Shown one piece after another: positions 26,313-33,246 of a DNA stretch of 33,246 bases. The DNA comes from a bacterium (GTDB lineage Bacteria > Zixibacteria > MSB-5A5 > GN15 > FEB-12): contig JBDRNJ010000032.1 in the NCBI GenBank assembly GCA_043811375.1, positions 1 through 33,246 of the forward strand. Reading direction: 5' to 3'. The notes under the pieces are model-generated. The model worked only from the letters and a program-made list of their open reading frames with translations. It was not told the origin of the DNA and made no database searches. Within the stretch, counting starts at the first letter, position 1. Each line of letters begins with the position of its first letter. The position numbers and the translations under genes are program-made.

Positions 26313-29300
26313 GTGGATATTCAATCAGGTTTGTTCAAACTGGGAGCGTTAGTTCTGAAGCTGCTTTCCCAAGAATTGGGGAAGAAAGCACTATCATCTG
26401 CTCTCAAACGTCCGTTGGAACAAAGGGCCTTTGAAAAGGCTATCGACGAAACCGTTGCTACTTTGCACAAGTACGGATATTCCTTTGACAGCCGAGGTGG
26501 CTTCTATGAAGAGTTCCTCACTAGTGAAGAGGTCATTCGAGAACTGTGGTCGGGACTGTTTGATCCATCAGGTGTCTTCTGGGTCAACCGCACAAGAATG
26601 ATTGAAATCCTTCGAACGAAATGGGAATCCGATATTCCGCTTAATCACTCATTAGAAGACTTCCTATTTGCGTTTATTATTGAGTTACAATATAGAATAT
26701 CTCAATCTCCCAGGTTAGAGTACCTCGCAAGACTTCGAGTGCAAAGGATGCAAGCAGGTGTGATCAGTTTGCAATCCATGCGAGTATTACTTGATCGATG
26801 CAGAGAAGAGATTCGCTCAAGAGCCTCAGTGGCCCTGAACAACTTGCTCATGGAAATGCCATTTATAGAACCTCGTTTCGCTCTGTTTCGTGACCACTTT
26901 ACTCAGACAACCACTACTCGACTCAGCGAACATACTGGGCAGTTTGGTGATTTGTGCCTGGACTCGTTGCAGGAACTCGTTAAGTCCAAGAGAAACTTCC
27001 TCTTCATTGCGGATTCAGGATTCGGGAAGTCTATTGTACTGAGACAACTCGAATTGTTGATTTCTTCTGAGTCAGAGGCCGGTGCCCGAGTTCCCATCTT
27101 CAGCCATATCTCCGACGTTTTGCGGTACGACACACCAAACGCTTTGATACGTTTTCTTACTGCTCGCTTTTCAACACAAGCTGTCGACACATGGATCATT
27201 GAAACGGCACTTGAGAAGCTTTGGCATGAAGGCAGACTCGTGTTTCTCCTTGACAGTCTGGATCAGATTGACAACTACGCGCCAGCAATCGATCGGATCA
27301 CCTCCGCAGACGTTTTCAGCACAAATCAAATCATGATCGGAACACGGCCCTCCGGATACAGGCGAATTTCCGATGCGATATCTGACTTCGTTCCCGTCAG
27401 TGTTCTTAGGTTTTCTGAGAGCCAAATGAGAGAGTACTTGGGAGATTCTTGGAAAATAGAAAACATACGGAAAATGTTAACTGAGAATCCTGAACTGTCG
27501 GGAGTACCTCTGTTCTTGCAGATGTTAGCAGAGTTGGCCAAGTACAAGCCACATAGACTCGCAACAATGAATAGCCGCAGCCAGCTATACGGAGCATACC
27601 TACGCCGGGTATTCGAGACTGAAAAGGCACTAGACAAACGTAGACTACCTAGTCATGATGAACTCAACTACGAAGTATACATAGTCCCCTCTATGAAGCA
27701 ATTGAGTTACAAGAGCCTTCTTGACGGACATGTAGGAAGGTTTCCTGAGGAATCCATACTTACGTACGAGATCGAGCCCTCTATGCTCAACCATATTCTT
27801 CGGTGGAATCTTCTCAAGAGAGTAGTCGTCCAAAATGACTCATACTTGGAATACCGACATCATTCCTTTCAAGAATACTATGCGGCACTTGAATTAGCAG
27901 AGGTCTTGTTCGATGCCGATGGGAGAGTATGTACTGATAAGCTCTGTGAACTGGTTGAGCACACTCGATGGGATGAGCCCCTCAGGTTCTTAATAGAAAT
28001 ACTAGATCACGACAGAGCAGCTAGATTACTAAGCAGCATATCGTCTTACGACATGCTGCTTGCTTGCGAGTTGATAGACTGTGTGCCAGAGTTCCTCTGC
28101 TCTCGAGAAGAGGTGCGGGCAGTATACTTGGATTGGCTGGCCAAATGCTCTAATCCTATCAACATCCTTAGTGAAGGTGATGCGCGATATACTTGGATGC
28201 TCCTCTTCTTTGCTATCGCGACAAAAAACAACCAAGATGCGATAAGCCGATTTCTTTCTTCGCATGAAAGGGACTTAGAAAGCGCGATGGTTGATGCTGC
28301 ACTAGACCTCCTCTACCAGATCCACTTCAGCCACTTCGGCGGCGAGCATGCCTTACTCTATACGCTGTTTTCAGATCACGACTTAGAGTTGTCGCCGGAA
28401 CTCAATCGAATTGGAGAAGCGCTAGCTTGGATGCTTGGGATAATCGCACTAGGTCAGCTAGGTGGATCAAAGGCAGCAAAGGCCTTAATGAAGCTGTGGC
28501 GACTGGCCAAAGGAGAAAGTCGCAGAACCATCTCATGGGCACTCTCAAGATTGAGAGATCCTGACAGCCTGGAAGTCCTGCTCGATATGATGTTTGATGC
28601 GGATGGAGAGGTACGGTTCTATGCAGTGAATGCATTCAGGGAACTGGGTATTAACAACAAAGTGGAAAGGATCGTAGAAACTGTGAGAAGAGACAAGAAG
28701 AGGCTCACAGATGAGGTTGCAATTATCCTTGCCGAATCCAACAATGCTTCGGCCCAAGCACTTGTCAACGAACTGAAAAACGACGAGAACTGTAGGTCCA
28801 GAGCACTTGTGCATTTTGCGTTAGATTGGGCGTCGTCTGTCAAAGACCGATCTGCTTCCCTTAACGACGATTCGACCGGCACACGACGAGAGCCGGACGA
28901 GGGAGTGGAATCGGCCCGTATACGGGATGAGGAGCTGCAGGACCTGAGAAGAATGTTGGGAGACTCAAACTGGGCGCTAAGGTGGTTTGCTGCATCAACA
29001 CTTGGGGCACGGCGCGATAAACGCACCGAGGATGATCTGAAAGCGATGCTGGAGGATCCAGAACCGGCAGTACGCGGAGAAGCGGCACTTTCCTTAGGTA
29101 GGTTTACGTCTGTATCATCGATGGAAGAGATCGCAAAGCTGCTCGACGACGCATCCGATTTCGTAAGATTTCGTGCGGCCTGTGCGCTCGCCCGACTAGG
29201 TGACAGCAGATCATTGAGTTATCTGTTACAGGTTATCTGCCAGGATGATGTCGATTCAGCCCTCAGCGCATTCCAGTCTCTCAAAGAACTTTTCGTCGTG

Positions 29301-29447
29301 CGTCCTCAGCTCTTAAAGAGTTCCTACGAGACCTCTTGGAAAGAATGGTACGCGTTCTATAGGCAGCACCCACACTTGTTTGTGCAAATGAACTTGGCCA
29401 TTGGGAGACGTTTCTTGCACGTGAAGTTAGTGTATTGGACAATTTAG
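26313..29447 (+). CDS. NACHT NTPase with C-terminal HEAT repeats (bacterial NLR-like)
   Basis: Walker A ADSGFGKS, Walker B VFLLDSLDQ, GVPLFL, YRHHSFQEYYAA, and HEAT repeats (DPEPAVRGEAALSLG). Confidence 0.92.
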   Translation: MDIQSGLFKLGALVLKLLSQELGKKALSSALKRPLEQRAFEKAIDETVATLHKYGYSFDSRGGFYEEFLTSEEVIRELWSGLFDPSGVFWVNRTRMIEILRTKWESDIPLNHSLEDFLFAFIIELQYRISQSPRLEYLARLRVQRMQAGVISLQSMRVLLDRCREEIRSRASVALNNLLMEMPFIEPRFALFRDHFTQTTTTRLSEHTGQFGDLCLDSLQELVKSKRNFLFIADSGFGKSIVLRQLELLISSESEAGARVPIFSHISDVLRYDTPNALIRFLTARFSTQAVDTWIIETALEKLWHEGRLVFLLDSLDQIDNYAPAIDRITSADVFSTNQIMIGTRPSGYRRISDAISDFVPVSVLRFSESQMREYLGDSWKIENIRKMLTENPELSGVPLFLQMLAELAKYKPHRLATMNSRSQLYGAYLRRVFETEKALDKRRLPSHDELNYEVYIVPSMKQLSYKSLLDGHVGRFPEESILTYEIEPSMLNHILRWNLLKRVVVQNDSYLEYRHHSFQEYYAALELAEVLFDADGRVCTDKLCELVEHTRWDEPLRFLIEILDHDRAARLLSSISSYDMLLACELIDCVPEFLCSREEVRAVYLDWLAKCSNPINILSEGDARYTWMLLFFAIATKNNQDAISRFLSSHERDLESAMVDAALDLLYQIHFSHFGGEHALLYTLFSDHDLELSPELNRIGEALAWMLGIIALGQLGGSKAAKALMKLWRLAKGESRRTISWALSRLRDPDSLEVLLDMMFDADGEVRFYAVNAFRELGINNKVERIVETVRRDKKRLTDEVAIILAESNNASAQALVNELKNDENCRSRALVHFALDWASSVKDRSASLNDDSTGTRREPDEGVESARIRDEELQDLRRMLGDSNWALRWFAASTLGARRDKRTEDDLKAMLEDPEPAVRGEAALSLGRFTSVSSMEEIAKLLDDASDFVRFRAACALARLGDSRSLSYLLQVICQDDVDSALSAFQSLKELFVVRPQLLKSSYETSWKEWYAFYRQHPHLFVQMNLAIGRRFLHVKLVYWTI

Positions 29448-29512
29448 TTTGACGGAACCGACTCGTGGTACAAAGGCATCATGGACCTCAGCCGGAAGGT
29501 TTTGGATACAGT

Positions 29513-29644
29513 CTTTTCTAACACTTTTCTAACAATACAAGCCAAAACGCCAGACACCGTGTTTCCCGTAAGCAATTGATACTACTACAGGTTAGTGTCT
29601 GGTGTTTTCTGAGGTTTGACTGTTGAACAGGCTCATAACCCGAA
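29513..29644 (+). other. Putative att-end remnant with tRNA(fMet) anticodon-arm fragment
   Basis: Perfect tandem cttttctaaca x2, a 13/14-bp inverted repeat (29544-29557, 29595-29608), IHF consensus taa-gcaa-ttgata, and ggctcataacccgaa at 29630-29644. Confidence 0.5.
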
Positions 29645-29715
29645 TACTAGGCAATGCCGGCTTGTAACAGGAAACTACGGCAATTATTGCCATGGTACAT
29701 TGCAGAATAATTAAC

Positions 29716-29768
29716 TTGACATTTTGAGAACAAACCACATATCATGTGCTATATTAAGTGCCATAGCA
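29716..29768 (+). promoter_or_regulatory. Sigma70-like promoter with downstream inverted-repeat operator candidate
   Basis: TTGACA-N18-TATCAT, then tgctat-N10-atagca upstream of the XRE gene. Confidence 0.6.
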
Positions 29769-29807
29769 TTAGACTGTTTGTTAATTTGCGAAAGTGAGAC
29801 AAGAGTT

Positions 29808-30008
29808 GTGGGCATTTCAAGGGACGATAAATTGGCAAAAAAAATAAGAAGACTACGCTCAGAATTCGGTCTAACTCAAGAACAATTTGCAGTTAAGATA
29901 GGCGTGACTTTTAGCACTGTAAATCGTTGGGAAAACGGAAAGAGCAAACCCTCACCATTGGCCTTAAAACGGATTGAGGAGCTGGATGAGAATAAAGATA
30001 GGAAGTAA
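29808..30008 (+). CDS. XRE-family HTH regulator
   Basis: GLTQEQFAVKIGVTFSTVNRWENGKSKPSPLA; start uncertain. Confidence 0.9.
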   Translation: MGISRDDKLAKKIRRLRSEFGLTQEQFAVKIGVTFSTVNRWENGKSKPSPLALKRIEELDENKDRK

Positions 30009-30024
30009 CAAAGGAGAAAAATCA

Positions 30025-30912
30025 ATGTTTTCTTGCAAGGAAAGAATGCGACTTTTTCTGCACGTGCTGATAGTTGTTTGTATGGTGTCGTCATTTATAA
30101 GCTTTTTGGGGTGCAATGAACAGACATCGCAAACTAGTGAGCAAAGCAATGAGACTCTTTATCAAAAGGTATTGAAAGCAGGAGCGATCCGATGTAGTTA
30201 TGTAGCATACCCTCCCTATTGTATAAAAGATCCAAATACTGGCAACATGACCGGGATATTTGTTGAAGTTATGGAAGAAGTAGGAAGAAAATTAGAATTG
30301 AAAATTGAATGGGTTGAGGAAGTAGGTTGGGGTACAATTTTCGAGGGATTTGAGTCAGGTAGATATGATGTGCATGGATCAGGGCTGTGGCAAAATTCAT
30401 CACGAGGGAAAACAGGTTACTTTAGTGTCCCACTTTTCTACAATGCAATACGTGTTTGGGTCAGGTCTGATGACAAACGCTTCAAAACGCTTTCGGATTT
30501 GAATTCACCAGAAGTCAGAATTGCTGTTCAAGATGGGGCAATGGAAGATATCATAGCCAAAACAGATTTCCCAAAAGCTCAACGTATCTCTGTTCCCCAA
30601 CTAAATCCTTGGTCTGATAATTTGTTAAATATGATCACTAAGAAAGCAGATGTCACTTTTGCAGAGTTGAGTGTAATAACACCTTTTTTAGAGAAGAATC
30701 CTGGAACTCTCAAGGAACTGGAGCTTGATCAGCCAATTAGGGTTTTTGCAAATAGCTACCCATTCAAAATGGGAGAAGATGAATTCAAGGCCATGATTGA
30801 TGCTGCTATTACAGAGCTTATCAGTGAGGGAATTGTAGAAAACATTCTGAAAAGATATGAAACGGTACCTGGAGAATATCTTCGTGTTGCATTGCCTTAT
30901 CGTTTGCGATAA
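30025..30912 (+). CDS. Polar amino-acid ABC transporter substrate-binding lipoprotein
   Basis: Lipobox FLGC and family-3 SBP motifs (YPPY..D..G..TGI); RBS aaggag. Confidence 0.9.
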   Translation: MFSCKERMRLFLHVLIVVCMVSSFISFLGCNEQTSQTSEQSNETLYQKVLKAGAIRCSYVAYPPYCIKDPNTGNMTGIFVEVMEEVGRKLELKIEWVEEVGWGTIFEGFESGRYDVHGSGLWQNSSRGKTGYFSVPLFYNAIRVWVRSDDKRFKTLSDLNSPEVRIAVQDGAMEDIIAKTDFPKAQRISVPQLNPWSDNLLNMITKKADVTFAELSVITPFLEKNPGTLKELELDQPIRVFANSYPFKMGEDEFKAMIDAAITELISEGIVENILKRYETVPGEYLRVALPYRLR

Positions 30913-30950
30913 GTGAAGAATTGACGTGAAAGAACAAGAATTGGAAGACA

Positions 30951-31619
30951 ATGGATACCTTTCTTCAAATACTCATTGAGCACAGACAGGCATTCCTAAA
31001 CGGCCTCTCCGTAACCGTCCAGTTGGCGCTTATCATATGGTTCTCAGGACTTCTAATTGGGTCAATGGTTGGAATCCTTTCTGCGAAATTCAAAAGGGCG
31101 GTCGGTATACCAGCCAGAATATGCTCATTTGTGTTGTCCGGTATCCCGGTCTTAGCATACCTTTTCTGGGCACATTACCCCATGCAATCACTACTTGGAA
31201 TTGTCATTGATCCTTTCTTCACTGCGGCTGTTGTGTTAAGCACGATCAACATTTTTGCCGTATCGGACCTTGTTAGCAGTCATCTAATTGACTTTCCAGA
31301 GCAGTACATTGTTGCGGCTAAAGTATGTGGCCTATCTTCTCGAACAACTATAATGAGAATTCAAATTCCTATTGTTCTTCGCCAAGTAATTCCCGCATTA
31401 CTCCCATTACAAATTCTTATGCTTCATACAACCCTTTTTGCAAGTCTCATTTCAGTGGAAGAGATATTCCGAGTAGCACAAAGAGTAAATTCAATTGAAT
31501 ACAAACCGGTTGAAATATATACAGCTCTTGCTCTACTTTTCCTATTGACGAGTTTACCGGTAAATGGGTTTGCGATCTGGTTGCGACACCGATTTACTAG
31601 AAACATATCGGAGGTATAG
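30951..31619 (+). CDS. Polar amino-acid ABC transporter permease
   Basis: HisM/GlnP-like: GIPVL, QYIVAAKVCGLS, IVLRQVIPAL, SLISVEE. Confidence 0.92.
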   Translation: MDTFLQILIEHRQAFLNGLSVTVQLALIIWFSGLLIGSMVGILSAKFKRAVGIPARICSFVLSGIPVLAYLFWAHYPMQSLLGIVIDPFFTAAVVLSTINIFAVSDLVSSHLIDFPEQYIVAAKVCGLSSRTTIMRIQIPIVLRQVIPALLPLQILMLHTTLFASLISVEEIFRVAQRVNSIEYKPVEIYTALALLFLLTSLPVNGFAIWLRHRFTRNISEV

Positions 31620-31871
31620 ATGTTGATAGGGCAGGGTATTCACAAATCCTTCAATGGTAAGGATGTTCTCCAGGGAGTTAATGTTGAAGTACAATCTGGC
31701 AGAATTTCTGTTCTTATTGGACCGAGCGGCAGTGGTAAGACCACCCTAATTCGAGCTTTAGCCCTCATTGATTACCCATCAAAAGGCACTATCTCCTTCA
31801 ATGGAGACAAGTATTCATTCCCATTGGAGTCAGGCCTTAAGATCAAACAACCTTGGCCAGAGATTACCGTT
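31620..31871 (+). pseudogene. ABC ATP-binding subunit truncated by IS3
   Basis: Walker A GPSGSGKTT; interrupted at 31872, before the signature motif and Walker B. Confidence 0.92.
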
Positions 31872-31958
31872 TGTATCGGTTCAGCAGAAGTCGGACACGG
31901 ATGGGCTTTTTGTTAAGACGTAGTTTTAATAACTTAGTCTTAGAGAAAGGAGCAAGCC

Positions 31959-32312
31959 ATGCGTGTCAAACAGGGCCAGAGTCCGGAATCGGTAGTGAAG
32001 GAGATTCGTCGTCAGACGCGTCGGAAGTTTACGTCTGAGGAGAAGATTCGGATCGTTTTGGAGGGGCTCAAAGGGGAAGCCAGTATCGCGGAGTTGTGCC
32101 GTCGGGAAGGAATTGTCAGCAATTTGTATTACCGCTGGAGTAAGGACTTCCTGGAGGCGGGTAAGAAGCGTCTGGCGGGGGACACGGTCCGGGAAGCCAG
32201 CAGCGGTGAGGTAATCGGTCTTCGCCAGGAGAACGAACAGTTCAAGCAGTTGGTAGCGGAGCTGTCTCTGAAGAACCGCCTGCTGAAAAAAAGTCTGACT
32301 GGGCTGGAGTGA
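31959..32312 (+). CDS. IS3 transposase OrfA (HTH)
   Basis: RRKFTSEEKIRIVLEGLKGEASIAELCRREGI. Confidence 0.95.
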   Translation: MRVKQGQSPESVVKEIRRQTRRKFTSEEKIRIVLEGLKGEASIAELCRREGIVSNLYYRWSKDFLEAGKKRLAGDTVREASSGEVIGLRQENEQFKQLVAELSLKNRLLKKSLTGLE

Positions 32313-33246
32313 GGCGACAGCGTTATATGCGGCACAGTCAATCGGAGAAGCTTGAGATCATCCGGGTGGTGGAAGACTCGGCGCTCGGGGTGAAGCAGAC
32401 GCTTCGGGAGCTGGATGTTAACCGGAGCACCTTCTATGCCTGGTACCGGCGCTACCAGGAGTGTGGCGTTGAGGCTCTAACCGACTGGACCTCACACCGT
32501 CGCCAGTTCTGGAATGCCATTCCACCCTGGGTCAGAAAGAAGGTTGTTGAGACGGCCCTGGAACATCTGGACAAGTCTCCCCGGGAGTTGGCCTGGTATC
32601 TGACTGATACCCAAGGGTATTACATCTCGGAATCGAGTGTGTACCGCATCCTGAAGGTCAACGACCTGATCACCAGCCCGGCCTACACCGTTCTCTCTGC
32701 CAAGGACAAGTTTGACCAACCGACGACCCGAGTGAATCAGCTCTGGCAGACCGATTTCACCTACCTGAAGATCATCCACTGGGGCTGGTACTATCTGTCG
32801 ACGGTGCTGGATGATTACTCCCGGTACATTCTGGCCTGGCGGCCCTGCTCGGGCATGTCAGCCGAGGATGTGAAGGAAACGATTGACCTGGCCATCGCCG
32901 AGTCAGGTGTGGATCATGCCTATGTCCGTCACCGGCCGAGACTGCTCTCGGACAACGGGCCGTGCTATATCTCGGGCGAATTGAAGAAGTACCTGGCCGA
33001 CCAGGGGTTTACTCATACCCGCGGCAAGCCGTATCATCCGATGACCCAGGGGAAGATCGAGCGGTATCATCGGTCAATGAAGAACATCCTGCTGTTGGAT
33101 AATTACTACTGTCCAGATGATCTCAAGGCTCAGATTGAGGCCTTCGTGGACCACTACAATCATCGGCGGTACCACGAATCACTGTCCAACGTGACCCCGG
33201 CAGACGTTTATCATGGGCGGGCAGCGGAGATATTGGAGCAGCGGGA
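32309..33246 (+). CDS. IS3 transposase OrfB (DDE), partial; -1 frameshift fusion with OrfA
   Basis: Hand translation gives WQTDFTY, LLSDNG, GKIER and RYHESL; open to the window end. Confidence 0.93.
   Translation, partial: MRRQRYMRHSQSEKLEIIRVVEDSALGVKQTLRELDVNRSTFYAWYRRYQECGVEALTDWTSHRRQFWNAIPPWVRKKVVETALEHLDKSPRELAWYLTDTQGYYISESSVYRILKVNDLITSPAYTVLSAKDKFDQPTTRVNQLWQTDFTYLKIIHWGWYYLSTVLDDYSRYILAWRPCSGMSAEDVKETIDLAIAESGVDHAYVRHRPRLLSDNGPCYISGELKKYLADQGFTHTRGKPYHPMTQGKIERYHRSMKNILLLDNYYCPDDLKAQIEAFVDHYNHRRYHESLSNVTPADVYHGRAAEILEQR

Larger units (their letters stand above)
31872..33246 (+). mobile_element. IS3-family element running off the window end
   Basis: Left end tgtatcggttcagcagaagtcggacac; orfA/orfB with an A7G slippery site at 32286-32293. 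Confidence 0.95.

Overview
This 33-kb window is accessory, mobile DNA with no housekeeping genes. It starts and ends inside the same IS3-family element, and the first and last 9 nt are identical. Two colinear ~184-bp repeats (1500-1683 and 17850-18033) each begin with a tRNA(Asp)-like 3' fragment and mark tandem integration junctions. The 16.35-kb island between them has no intact integrase. It carries a minus-strand cluster: polytopic membrane protein, Zn-ribbon protein, TPR protein, 1457-aa TPR-CHAT caspase-like protease, a translationally coupled 171-aa candidate substrate, and ankyrin and HEAT-like proteins. Downstream of this cluster is a small integron cassette array with an attI-like site, two attC sites and TPR and ankyrin cassettes, but no intI. 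Left of the island is an IS-truncated large serine recombinase. Right of it are two HExxH proteins, PEGA and GH16-like lipoproteins, an IS481, a NACHT-HEAT (NLR-like) protein, a possible tRNA(fMet)-type att remnant, and an XRE plus amino-acid ABC operon broken by the IS3. All calls come from reading motifs by eye; no searches were run.
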